Both the position numbers and the translations under genes were made by a program. The notes beneath the pieces were generated by a model that was not told where the DNA came from, did no database searches, and was given only the letters and a program-made list of their open reading frames with translations. Positions 27,651 to 41,048 of a stretch of DNA of 64,000 nt are shown in pieces. Positions within the stretch are counted from its first letter, which is position 1. Each line of letters opens with the position of its first letter. Source of the stretch: Leucoraja ocellata (Eukaryota); assembly GCA_036785375.1 (NCBI GenBank), contig JAWMAR010000567.1:806001-870000 (forward strand), in the 5' to 3' direction.

Positions 27651-28173
27651 AGGAAAGACATTCTTGCCATAGAGGGAGTACAGAGAAGGTTCACCAGACT
27701 GATTCCTGGGATGTCAGGACTTTCAAATGAAGAAAGACTGGATAGACTCGGTTTGTACTCGCTAGAATTTAGAAGATTGAGGGGGGATCTTATAGAAACT
27801 TACAAAATTCTTAAGGGGTTGGACAGGCTAGATGCAGGAAGATTGTTCCCGATGTTGGGGAAGTCCAGAACAAGGGGTCACAGTTTAAGGATAAGGGGGA
27901 AATCTTTTAGGACCGAGATGAGAAAATCATTTTTTACACAGAGAGTGGTGAATCTCTGGAATTCTCTCCCGCACAAGGTAGTTGAGGCCACAGTTCATTG
28001 GCTATATTTAAGAGGGAGTTAGATGTGGCCCTTGTGGCTAAAGGGATCAGGGGATATGAAGAGAAGGCAGGTACGGGATACTGAGTTGGATGATCAGCCA
28101 TGATCATATTGAATGACGGTGCAGGCTCGAAGGGCCGAATGGCCTACTCCTGCACCTATTTTCTATGTTTCTA
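27651..28173 (+). mobile_element. CR1 3' fragment
   Basis: GLYSLEFRRLRGDLIETYKI...FFTQRVVNLWNSLP and a CTATGTTTCTAT tail. Confidence 0.9.
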
Positions 28174-29869
28174 TAAGTTTAGTAATCTTAATTTATTCCA
28201 ATGAATGTCTGCTGTCTATGAGTAATAAATAAGGGTACTAAACTAAAACATGTATTACACTGGAGTCTTGTAGAAGTAGATTGAAGAAAAATCATGGGAT
28301 GCTCTGCCTGCATTTCCTGTACAACCATATAACAATTACAGCATGGAAACAGGCCATCTCGGCCCTACAAGTCCGTGCCGAACAACTTTTTTCCCTTAGT
28401 CCCACCTGCTTGCACTCATGCCATAACCCTCCATTCCCTTCTCATCCATATGCCTATCCAATTTATCATATTGAATCAAGGACATTTTGCATCTGGGCAA
28501 GTTCTGGGTGCCTAAACTTCAAAAGCGCTGAAGTTGCTGCAGGAAGGAATTGTAGATGTTGGTTTACACTGAAGGATAGACACAAAATACTTGACAGGCA
28601 GCATCTCAAGATAGAAGGAATGGGTGACATTTCGAGTCCAGACCCTTCTTCAGATAGGAGAAGGGTCTCAATCCAAATTGTTACCCATTCCCTTTATCCA
28701 GTGATGCTGCCTGTCCTGCTGAGTTACTCCAGCATTTTGTGTTTATCTGAAGTTGCTGCAGGACAAGCAGGAGGCTGGGAATTCCCAGCAACTGGCTGTC
28801 CCTCTGCGACGGAGAGTTCAAGGGACCATCTGGCATAATTATATTCATAAGGTCATAAGGAATAGGATAGAATTAGGCAATTTGGCCCATCAAGTCTACT
28901 CCGCCATTCAATCATGGCTGATCTGTCTCTCCCTCCTAACCTCATTCACCTGCATTCTCCCCTCTGACATGTGTGCTGATATTGTGGTAATAATTGGAGA
29001 CATATTTCATAGGAAGAATTCAAGTTTTAATGGTGGAGCATATGAGGAATTACAGACCACAAAATTAGTGGTTTATATTACTTATTGGAAATCTTCGGGA
29101 AAAACCAAACGTTTTAAACCATAGGTTATACTCAAATAAATGAATGGATAATTTCAGGTGGCTTTTCTGTATATTTGATATATTGATTATGTTAAATGTT
29201 GCTTTCATTAATTATTTCACCTTGTTGAAAAGAAAGGATGTCTATATCCTATACTTGGTACCCAGAGACAATTTGTATCTGAATCATTTTAAACTTAATG
29301 GATCTAATTTCAATGTATTTTTAATACTATCTAAAAGATTTACTTTAATACTATCTAAAAGACAAGTAGCCCCTATGAAAGGGGTAGGAGGGGGTGGGAA
29401 TTGTCGATGATTCAGGTTGGGAATGAGTGGGGAGATGGCCAGAATAACGAGGAGAGGGGAAGTAGTGACGTAGGAGCGAGAGGTGAGTGATGGACTAAAA
29501 AAGGGATAGGATGATATGCAAGTGGAGGTAGGGGAGGAGGATGGGTCCATTTCGAAGAGAAAGGTTGGTATTTATATTGGGTTTTTATTATTGACCGTGC
29601 CTACAGTGAAACACTTAGTTTTGTGTGCAGGCAAAGCATACCATATAAGAATACAACAGTTAGTGTAAAAAGAGAAAGAAAGCAGAGTGCAGAATATTGT
29701 GTTGCAGCTGGAGAGAAAGAGCAGGTTTTTAAATTGTGCAAGTGCTGCAACGAGATGAATTGGGAATATATCCTAAACTTATATGAGGCTGATAACAGTG
29801 GGATGCAGCTTTTTTTGAATCTGGTGCTAGGTTCTTTCAAGCTGTATCTTCTATTGAGATGACAGATGA

Positions 29870-30685
29870 AGACAGACTAAAGGGGGTAAAAAGGAGGTGA
29901 ATGGAGCCAGGTTGGGGGGTTAAGTGGAGACAGCTGATAAGCAGTGGCGGATTGATATGTGAGGTGATAATGGGAACCAATAGGGGAAAGGTGAAAGGCA
30001 GATGGAACCAGATGGGAGAGGGGAATAATGTGTAGGTTGCAAGTGAACCAGGAGGGGAAGGACAAACATAGGTCCTGGAACGGTTAGGGGGATATGAGAA
30101 CTGCATCAACATGGGGGAATCGGATTGAGATTAGAGTGTGAACGCACCAGAGGGGAGGATTCCCTAAAATTAGAAAATGTAATGTTCATACCATTGAGTG
30201 ACAAGGTGGTATATGAGGTGCTCTTCTTCTAGTTTGCTTTGGGCTGACCACCCCACCCTAGCAGTGGAGAAGGCATAGGATGGGCACGGGAATGCGACTT
30301 GAAATGGCAATGCAAATGTAAACTCGGAGTGCCCACTGCACCCACTCTCACTGTTGTAGAGGAGACAACATTGGGAGCACCGAATGCTGCGGGTGAGGTT
30401 AAAGGAGGTGCACATGAACCTTTGCCTCACTTGGAAGGGCTATTTAGGCAGCTGGATGGTGATGAACAAGGAGGTGCTAGAACAACTGTTGCATTTCCTG
30501 CGGTTGCAGGGCAAAATGCCAGGGATCAGGGAGGGGTGGATGAGGATGGATGAGTGGGAGGGAGGGAATAGTCCCTGCAGCAGGTGGAAAGAGGTGAACA
30601 GGAAATGTGGGTGGCAGTGGGATCTTGATGCAAATGTCAGAAATTTCAAAGGGTGATGGACTGGAAGCTGAGGCTGGTGGGAAGT
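29870..30685 (-). mobile_element. Degenerate Penelope-like 3' fragment (GIY-YIG region)
   Basis: PGILPCNRRKCNSC, RQRFMCTS...IRCSQCCLLY, KLEEEHLIY. Confidence 0.75.
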
Positions 30686-31141
30686 AAAAAATATTTTAAA
30701 TTTATTACGTCAGTAAATTGACTTGAATGACCCACTCATGTGCATGTGGCAGCAAATATGTGGAGTGTGTGTTTGTAGGTTAATTAGCCAATCTGAATTG
30801 CCGCTAGTGTATAGAATTATTATAAATGGGTAATCAATGGTCAGCCTGGACTCGGTGCGTCAAAGGGCCTGTTTCCATGCTGTATCTCTAATTTAAACTA
30901 TAAACTAAACGCATGTAAGTCACATGAATGTAGTAAGTCTTTGGTTTCTGATACTAGGACATGTGAACACTTGTGTCATACAATTGTATATCTGTCCCTA
31001 ATATGCATCTGGTGCAGGTTCTTTGTCCCATGTAGAATACCTTTCTCCTTGCCATGGAGTGCCGTTATCTATTGATGAATTGATCCTCATGATAAAGCAG
31101 GAAAGCTTTTTAAAATTATCCTTTTCATTTCTGGTTTCCAG

Positions 31142-31241
31142 GGAGAACCTATCGCAGTGGGAGAAGATAGTACAATCAAGAATTGCCCAAGGAGCACCTC
31201 GGAGTCCTGTGAAGAACAGTGGTGGAAAATTTGAGGCCTAA
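31142..31241 (+). CDS. PDE10A-like: PDE10A-like terminal coding exon
   Basis: Polypyrimidine tract plus tttccAG|G; phase 2 fits the previous exon. Encodes (R)ENLSQWEKIVQSRIAQGAPRSPVKNSGGKFEA*, compared with PDE10A RDNLSQWEKV. Confidence 0.88.
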
Positions 31242-33125
31242 TGGAACCAATACTTTGAACTGAATGTTCCACTGTTCAGTACTTGGCTCTGAATTAAAGA
31301 GGAACCTGTAACTGTTGATGATATAATAACATTACCTCATGAATCCATGACAATATGACTCCCTTTCTAGTTAATAAGACTAGACATTTGGAAATGTAAC
31401 ATTTTGTGAGGCATCCAATGTAGCTATTCTAGCAAATCTGTTGTGTTTGAAAATAACATGATTTTTAAGAGAACATTGGCCCTTAACCAACCATATTCTG
31501 TATTGCTGTGGCCTTAATATTCTTCCAGGTAGGAAAGAACTTTCCATGAATTGTATGCGAGGTCGAGCATCTGCAGTGATACTTAAAATGCTTTGGGTTT
31601 TAAAACAATACCGCTCTGCAAACATTATTTTCATTATGGGTAGTTTACATATTGGTGTGTTCCTTAGTAGAACATAGGATGAGGTTACATTGTAGTGATT
31701 ATAGTCTGAGAGTCACAAATATTGTTAAATTATTACTTGAGCTGATGACAGCACACGTCAGACATGCATCTGATGTGCAAATTGCAAAAAAAAAGAACAT
31801 ATCTTTCAGCCATCTTAGACTTATTGCTAATCCAGAATCGTAAAAGAAATTCACAGTCACATTTCTATTGGGGACATGAATGAAGACAAGCCATGGGATG
31901 TAGAACTTATTTGTAGGAAAGACAGAGGGAAGCATTGTTATTTTTAAATTTTTCTTGAATTGCTATTTTCTTTTAATATTTTTTTACCATAGGACAGATG
32001 TTGTCTCAGTGCAGGAAACACCATGGCTGCCCTACAGTCAACCGGCCCACCATAAGCCATAACTGAAGTAATTGGGTGTCTGCTGTTCTGCTTTCTTGAC
32101 ATTAAGTGGCATTAACAAATTCCCAGTGATTGGAAAATATTGGCAATATGATCTTGTGTCCCCGCATCATGGTTGCGAATCAAAAAGAGACGATACAGAG
32201 GAAGAGAAAATGGAAATTATATTGGGCATAAAGAATGCCCTTGCAAAAGGCTTTTAATCATTTCTATCTACTTCTACACATTGATCATTCCACATATGGT
32301 ATCTGAACATTTGCAAAGTTAATGTTCCAAATTGGCAAAACATTGCATCCTTGATACTTCATTTGCCTCCCTAATATTGTGAAAAACATACCATAGAGCT
32401 AATGGGCCTTTTCAAGTACTTCTACTATTGCAGTATGTTGCACTAGCCTACTCAGAATGCTGTTAATCTTGTTAGCTCTAGTTTCTTCTGGAAGTTTTAG
32501 AATAACTTTTTGCACTCTTTCATTGTACTTATATAACGGAATGCTTTGTGTGCATGTACTATGTACAAACAAACTGGAACTTCATAACATATTACCAATC
32601 ACGCCTGCTGCCTAAGCAGCTTCAACGTCACCTGTAAATAGAAGAAAATGCTGACAAACTGTCCACTTTAGGTTTATTATAACATGTAATGTTTCAGCGT
32701 AACAAATGTTAATATTGTTTACTGCAAGTGATCTTGGTTATGTACATTTTCAATGCAGAAACATAACACTGTTATTGTAAATTAATTTTTACACAGCATA
32801 GTATGTTGGTTTAAAAAGTCCAAAGTTTTGGATGGGCTTTTACGTTGCAAGAGAAATATTTCCAGAGTAGATATATGTTCACTAGTAACAGAATATACTT
32901 TGTAAGAAGGGAAAATGGAAACAAATGCAAGTGCAATAATTTTGAGGTGTCTTAACTTCCAGTTTATAAATTATAAATATTGTATATGTTCTGTAAGTTT
33001 ATTTGTCTCTTCATTTGCAGTCTTTGTATTAAAAAAAACTACACACATTATGTTTGTACAATGGAGTATTTAAAGTCATTTATTACACTACTGATTATTT
33101 ATAAATAAATGCTCAAATCAACACC
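31242..33125 (+). other. Probable 3' UTR of the PDE10A-like gene, with candidate polyA signal AATAAA at 33104-33109
   Basis: About 1.9 kb of AT-rich sequence after the stop with no recognisable TE, a Pumilio-type TGTAAATA at 32633-32640, and AATAAA shortly before repeats resume. Confidence 0.5.
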
Positions 33126-33614
33126 CATAATAAGAAAGTATCAAAGTTTCATGTAAGTTTATAATGTTGACTATTGAAACCAGGTACAGAGGAAAAGCCC
33201 TATATTATTCTTCAACAGGATAGACAAATGACTGACATTTCATTAAGCTCTTTAGCACTCCAACTCACTCAACATAATATGCAAGTGGATTTTGGTTAGT
33301 CCTAATTCCTTTACAAATATTACCTACCCTTATTCCAAAACAGTTTTAAAGGGGTCACATGAAACTTCAAATGCTTTAATCTTGTGCAGAAATCAAACCG
33401 TTGGACGAACTCAGCAGGTCAGGTAGCATCAGCAGAGTGAAATGGACAAAGTTTGAAGTCTGAAGAAGGGTCCCGACCTGAAATGCTATATGTTCAATTC
33501 CCTCCACAGATGCAGTCTGACCCCCTAAGTTCATTTTAAATGTATGGGGTACACTAGAAATAATTATGCCATGTAAAATCTTTAAAAAGTGCGATATTTT
33601 CTCCATTGTCAGAG

Positions 33615-33990
33615 AGAGGGTCAAACGCAATTTGGACGAACAGCATCACATATTTTGCTTGGGCAGCTTACAACCCAGTGGTATGAATTGTGATTTCTCT
33701 AACTTCAAGTAATCCCTGCACTCCATCTCTCTCCATTCCTCCCCCACCCAAGTTGCTCCAAGTTCCCGTTCTCACCTGGCGAACATCTAACAATGGCCTG
33801 TTTCCTTTACCATTGTTACTTTTTTGCATATCTTTCATTCATTTATTTTATATCTCTCTACATCACTGTCTATATCTCTCGATTCCCTTTCCCCAGACAA
33901 GTCAGAAGAAGGGTCTTGACCCGAAACGTCACCCATTTCTCTCCAGAGATGCTGCCTAGCCCGCTGAGTTACTCCAGCATTTGGTATCTC
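33615..33990 (+). mobile_element. Penelope-like 3' end followed by the hammerhead-bearing repeat
   Basis: KRNLDEQHHIFCLGSLQPSGMN-like C terminus, then CAGAAGAAGGGTCTTGACCCGAAACGTCACC at about 33903. Confidence 0.75.
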
Positions 33991-34770
33991 TGCTCAGATG
34001 TACCTGTAATACATTAGGAAAACTCATCGAAATACAAGTTGGAGAATAAAGTGGTGCATCCAAATCTTTCACCATGCCTAAAAATCTCATTATGTAGCAG
34101 AATGTTTAAGAAAGAACTGCTGTTCCTTAAAAAATCGGTAGACAAAAATGCTGGAGAAATTCACCGGGTGAGGCTGCATCTATGGAGTGAAGGAATAAAT
34201 TCAATTGCTGGCTGTAGGCCATTAACAAATATCAGGATCTATCAGATCCATTTGAAAATGGATCATCTTGCGAAGTATATCATCTTTCAGAATCTCAAGT
34301 ATTTTCTCACGAACAGATATGAATAACAATGATCCTGAGGTAAAAGCGCAGCACAGTAAGCCTCATTTTGATGGACCTTTACACTGTATAACAGATTTCG
34401 GTAATAGCGGACTGACCTACCGATGGATGCTCGCGCTGCCTCCCTGTTCCCTTGTACCCCCGGCAACACCCACTACACGCTCGGCTCATGCTGCTTCAGG
34501 GTCAGACCTTCCGCCACAACCCGTGGCCTACACAACTTCCTCGGACGCTTCCTGGCCACACCTGCCATTGCCGACCGTTACCTGCACTCTGGTGGTCAGA
34601 GTAATTGGTGGCCCAATTCAATCCTCACCTATCTCTTCCCCCCCCCCCCCCCCAGCCACTAGCAGGCAGGGCCGACAACTCACCTGTTCCAAACCGAGAG
34701 TCTGATGAAGCGTCTCGACAAAATATCATCTATCCACGTTCTCCAGAGATGCTGCCTGACCTGATGCACG

Positions 34771-37700
34771 GGTGGGTTTAAACTAAATAGTGATGGGGAG
34801 GAGTTGACAAATTGGTAGTATAAGGATGGAGTTAAGGGGGAAGAGAGTACAGGAAAAGGTAGGAAAGACCCAAATTAATGGGACAGAAAGAGTAAGTTCA
34901 GGTGAAATTAGGAACCGGTGTGAAAGGGGAGGTGAATACCGAATTAAAAGTGTCATATATGAATGTGCGAGGTATAAGAAATAAAGTGGATGAGCTTGAG
35001 GCTTAGTTAGAAATTGGCAAGTATGATGTAGGAATTACAGAAACATGGCTGCAAGAGGGTCAGATCTAGGAACTGAATATTCAGGGGTTTACATCCTATC
35101 GAAAAGACAGACAGGTGGGCAGAGGGGGTGGGGTGGCTCTGTTGGTAAGGAATGAAATTCAGTCCCTTGCAAGGGGGGGACATAGAATCAGAAGATATAG
35201 ATTCAATGTGGATAGAACTGAGAAATTGTAAGGGTAAAAAGAGCCTAATGGGGGTTATCTACAGTAGCCCGGAGATAGGGTGCAAGTTCCATCAGGAGTT
35301 AAAATTGGCATGTCGCAAAGGTAATGCTACGGTGGTTATGGGAGATTTCAATATGTGGGTAAATCAGGTTGGTACTGGACGCCAAGAAAAGGAGTTTGTG
35401 GAGTGCCTCCTAGATGGATACTTAGAGCAGTTTGTACTGGAGCGGGGGAGAAGGCAATTCTGGATTTAGTGGTGTAATGAACCAGATTTGACAAGGGAAC
35501 TCAAGGTAAAGGAATCATTAGGAGCTAGTTACCATAATATGATGTTTTAATCTGCAATTTGAGATGGAGAAGGTAAAATCAGAAGTGTCGGTATTGCAGT
35601 TGAACAAAGGGGACTATAGTGGCATGAGGGAGGAGCTGGCCAAAGTTGACTGAAAGGGTACCCTAGCAGGGATGATGGTGGAACAGCAATGGCAGGTATT
35701 TCCGGGAATAATCCAGAAGATGCAGGATCAGTTCATTCCAAGAGGAAGAAAGATTTTACGGGGAGTAAGAGGCGACCGTGGCTGACAAGGGAAGTCAAGG
35801 ACAGTATGAAAATAAAAGATAGCAAAGATGAGCGGGAAGCCAGAGGATTTGAAACATTTAAAGATCAACAAAAGGTAACTAAAGCAATACAGGGAGAAAA
35901 GATGAAGTTCGAAAGCTAGCTAGCCAAGAATATAAAGGAGGATAGTAAAAGCTTCTTTAGGTATGTGAAGAGGAAAAAAATAGTTAAGACAAATGTGGGC
36001 CTCTTGAAGACAGAAACAGGTGAATTTATTCCAGGCACAAAAAAATGGCAGACAGGTTGAACAAGTACTTTGGTTCTGCCTTCACTAGGTAGGGCACAAT
36101 CTCCCAGATGTACTAGAGGACAGAGGGCCAAGGGTGACGGAGGAACTGAAGGAAATTCACATTAGTCAGGAAATGGTGTTGGGTAGACTAATGGGACTGA
36201 AGACTAATAAATCCCCAGGTCCTAATGGCCTGCATCCCAGGGTACTCAAAGAGGTGGCTCTAGAAATTGTGAATCATTTTCCAATGTTCTCTCGACTCTG
36301 GGTCAGTTCCTGTGGATTGGAGGGTAGCTAATGTTATCCCACTTCTCAGGAAAGGGAGAGAGAAAGCAGGGAATTATAAACCAGTTAGCCTGACATCATT
36401 GGTGGGGAAGATGCTGGAGTCGATTATTAGAAACATAGAAAACATAGAAAATAGGTGCAGGAGTAGGCCATTCGACCCTTCAAACCTACACCGCCATTCA
36501 ATATGATCATGGCTGATCATCCAACTCAGTATCCCATCCCTGCCTTATCTCCATACCCCCTGATCCCTTTAGCCACAAGGGCCACATCTAACTCCCTCTT
36601 AAATATAGCCAATGAACTGGCCTCAACCACCTTCTGTGGTAGAGAATTCCACAGATTCACCACTGTGTAAAAAATGATTTTCTCATCTCAGTCCTAAAAG
36701 ACTTCCCTCTTATCCTTAAATTGTGACCCTTTGTTCTGGACTTCCCCAACATCGGGAACGATCTTCCTGCATCTAGCCTGTCCAACCCCTTAAGAATTTT
36801 GTAAGTTTCTATAAGATCCCCCCTCAATCTTCTAAATTCTAGCGGTTACAAGCCGAGTCTATCCAGTCTTTCTTCATATGAAAGTCCTGCCATCCCAGGA
36901 ATCAGTCTGGTGAACCATCTCTGTACTCCCTCTATGGCAAGAATGTCTTTCCTCAGATTAGGAGACCAAAACTGTACGCAATACTCCAGGCGTGGTCTCA
37001 CCAAGACCCTGTACAACTGCAGTAGACCCTTCTTGCTCTTATACTCAAATCCTTTTGCTATGAAAGCTAACATACCATTTGCTTTCTTGACTGCCTGCTG
37101 CACCTGCATGCCTACTTTCAATGACTGGTGTACCATGACACCTAGGTCTCGTTGCATCTCCCCTTTTCCTAATCGGCCACCATTCAGATAATAGTCTACT
37201 TTCCTGTGTTTGCCACCAAAGTGGATAACCTCACATTTATCCACATTATACTGCATCTGCCATACATTTGCCCACTCACCCAATCTATCCAAGTCACCTT
37301 GCAGCCTCCTAGCATCCTCCTCACAGCTAACACTGCCCCCCAGCTTTGTGTCATCTGCAAACTTGGAGATGTTGCATTCAATTCCCTCATCCAAATCATT
37401 AATATATATTGTAAATAGCTGGGGTCCCAGCACTGAGCTTTGCTGTACCCCACTAGTCACTGCCTGCCATTGTGAAAAGGACCCGTTTACTCCTACTCTT
37501 TGCTTCCTGTCTGCCAGCCAGTTCTCTATCCACATCAATACTGAACCCACAATACCGTGTGCTTTAAGTTTGCATACCAATCTCTTATGTGGGACCTTGT
37601 TGAAAGCCTTCTGTAAGTCCAGATATAACACATCCACTGGTTCTCCCTTATCCACTCTACTAGTTACATCCTCGAAAAATTCTATAAGATTCGTCAGACA

Positions 37701-39090
37701 TGATTTACCTTTCATAAATCCATGCTGACTTTGTCCAATTAAAGATGTAATAGTGGTGCAAGTGGATAGCAGTAATAGGATCGATACATGTCAGCATGGA
37801 TTTACGAAGGGGAAATCATGCTTGACAAATCTTCTGGAATTTTTTGAGGATGTAACAATTAAAATGAACAAGGGAAAGGCAGTGGATGTAGTGTCCCTGG
37901 ACTTTCAGAAAGGCTTTGATAAGGTCCCACACAGGAGATTAGTGGGCAAAATTAGAGCACATGGTATTGGGGGTAGGATATTGACATGGATAGAATATTA
38001 GTTGGCAGACAGGAAACAAAGAGTAAGGATTAACGGGTCCCTTTCAAAATGGCAGACAGTGGAGTGCCGCAAGGCTCGGTGCTGGGACCGCAGATATTTA
38101 CAGTATACATTAATGATTTAGATGAAGGAATTAAAAGTAACATTAGCAAATTTTCAGATGACACAAAGCTGGGTGCAGAGTGAACTGTGAAGAGGATGCT
38201 ATGAGGATGCATGGTGACTTGGACAGGTTGTGTGAGTGGGCAGATGCATGGCAGATGCAGTACAATGTGGATAAATGTGAGGTTATCCAATTTGGTGGCA
38301 AGAACAGGAAGCCAGATTATTAACTGAATGGTGTCAAGTTAGGAAAAGGGGAAGTACAACAAGGCCTGGGTGTCCTTGTACATCAGTCACTAAATGTAAG
38401 CATGCAGGTACAACAGGCAGTGAAGAAAGCGAATGGCATGTTGACCTTCATATTGAGAGTTGAGTATAGGAGCAAAGAGGTCCTTCTGCAGTTGTACAGG
38501 GCCCTGGTGAGACCACACCTGGTGTATTGTGTGCCGTTTTGGTCTCCTAATTTGAGGAAGAACATTCTTACTATTGAGGAAGTGCAGCGTAGGTTCATGA
38601 GGTTAATTTCCGGAATGGCAAGTCTGTCATATGATAACAGAATGGAGCGGCTGGGCTTGAATACACTGGAATTTAGAAGGATGAGAGGGTATCTTATAGA
38701 AACAAAGAAAAGCATTACTAAGGGATTGGACACACTAGATGCAGGAAACATGTTCCCGATGTTGGGGGAGTCCAGAACCAAGGGCCACAGTTTAAGAATA
38801 AGGGGTAGGCCAATTTTCCTCATTTGAGATGAGGAAAAGCTTTTTCATGTGGAATTCTCTGCCACAGAAGGCAGCGGAGGCCGATTCACTGGATGCATTT
38901 AAAAGAGAGTGAGATAGAGCTCTTAGGGCTAGTGGAATCAAGGACTATGGACGAAGGCAGGAACCGGGTACTGATTGTGGATGAAAGGCAGGAACGGGGT
39001 ACTGATTGTGGATGATCAGCCGTGATCACATTGAATGGCGGTGCTGACTCGAAGGGCCTCCTCCTGCACCTATTGTCTATGTATCTATGC
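34771..39090 (+). mobile_element. Older CR1 LINE (ORF2 pseudogene, endonuclease to 3' tail), interrupted by an inverted CR1
   Basis: Fragmented EN/RT motifs (WIELRN, MGDFN, KSPGP..LHPRVLKE, QHGF..GKSCLTNL) and a CTATG-type tail at about 39080. Confidence 0.88.
36429..37737 (-). mobile_element. Younger 5'-truncated CR1 inserted antisense into the older CR1
   Basis: 289-aa RT frame (FADD) and (CTATGTTT)n tail at 36429-36450. The host frame resumes at about 37741. Confidence 0.9.
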
Positions 39091-40545
39091 TGAGTTACTC
39101 CAGCACTTTGTTCCCTTTTGTGTATTAACCAGCAACTGCAGTTGTTTATTTTTATTACTTATATATTGCTAATCCCGTTCTTATTTATAGTGAACAATCA
39201 GTAATAATAGATAGCATTCCATTCCCCCCCCCCCCAACGGTCTGTTATAATGAGGATGTACTGTAATAGCAACACTGATTACTCCAACTAGTTATTGTAA
39301 ATTTAATTTTACAATGTTAAATGCGAATAGTTTATTCAACATTATTATTTAGTAGTTTAGTTTAGAACATAATTACTTTTCTTGGACCTGCATCAATTCC
39401 CCATCCATCTATTTCCCCATGTTTACCAATGTAACCAGAATCTTAGCACAAAGCTCCAGAAATAGGGTTTTTTTTCTTCATTGTTGAGATTGGTAATTAA
39501 TTTATTTTTGAACTTAAGCAAAATATTATGCATTTTGAATATGTCAAGGAAAAGCAGATTGTGCGAAAAATTATTCAACATCTGTCGATGGAGAAAGTAA
39601 AGCTAATTGCAGTTCAATGGTCTTTCATCAGAACTGAGAAGAAAGTGATAAACAAGTTTAAGATGCAGAAAAAGAGGAGAGTGAAAGGAATAGATCTGTG
39701 ATAAGATAGAAGTGGAATGGTGATGGTGTGATGGATTGAAATCCCAGAGGAGGTGAAATTCGGAGGTATTGAACAGACATTATAAAAGCAAAAGATTCAA
39801 CATATCTAGCCACGATAAATAAATATTTTCAAAGAAAAATATTAAAACAATAAATAAATAAAGTTCCAGGCGAGTGCTCGACTTTGGCTTCTCCAGGGAA
39901 AATGTTTCCTGGGATGGTTTTCAAAAAAGCAGCATGGTAATTTCTTTCTTAAGTACCCTGTAACAAATATCACAAAGATTTGGAAGAGCAATTTATTAGT
40001 TTGATATTTATAATTCTGCAAAGATTGAGTAACATCATTGTAATATTAATATTTTATCATTAGTGGTTGAATTGAACTTTTGAGCAATTATTGTTTAGAT
40101 TGTTCGACACGATCAGTTCTTGGTTGGTTCTTGGTCCTCCAGAATATTCCAATTGAATTTAAACTGTAGGTAATTGTTCTAAAATATTCTAAGTTGAAAT
40201 TAGAATATTTCTTGAACCATCTATAACTTTAATAATGTTTTTAAAATACCTATAACTGTGGATGTTCAAGAAGGAACTGCAGATGCTGGAAAATCGAAGG
40301 TAGACAAAAGTGCTGAAGAAACTCAGCGGGTGCGGCAGCATCTATGGAGCGAATGAAATAGGCAACGTTTCGGGCCGAAACGTTGCCTATTTCCTTTGCT
40401 CCATAGATGCTGCCACACCCGCTGAGTTTCTCCCGCACTTTGGTATAACTTTGGATGTTTAATTGCCTGAATGTTGCAACTATCGTGACACCATGGACCA
40501 GCCATGCATTAACATTAAAGTTTTTATTGTATATTGAATTGGTAT

Positions 40546-41048
40546 TGAGGGAGTACAGAGAAGGTTCACCAGACTGATTCCTGGGATGTCAGGACTTTCA
40601 TATGAAGAAAGACTGGATAGACTTTGTTTGTAATTGCTAGAATTTAGAAGATTGAGGGGGGATCTTATAGAAACTTACAAAATTCTTAAGGGGTTGGACA
40701 GGCTAGATGCAGGAAAATTGTTCCCGATGTTGGGGAAATCCAGAACAAGGGGTCACAGTCTAAGGATAAGGGGGAAATCTTTTAGGACCGAGATGAGAAA
40801 ACATTTTTCACACAGAGAGTGGTGAATCTCTGGAATTCTCTGTCACAGAAGGTAGCTGAGGCCAGTTAATTGGCTATATTTAAGAGGGAGTTAGATGTGG
40901 CCCTTGTGGCTAAAGGGATCAGGGGGTATGGAGAGAAGGCAGGTACAGGATACTGAGTTGGATGATCAGCCATGATCATACTGAATGGCGGTGCAGGCTC
41001 GAAGGGCCGAATGGCCTACTCCTGCACGTATTTTCTATGTTTCTATGT
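40546..41048 (+). mobile_element. CR1 3' fragment
   Basis: Same family and tail as the 27651 copy. Confidence 0.9.
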
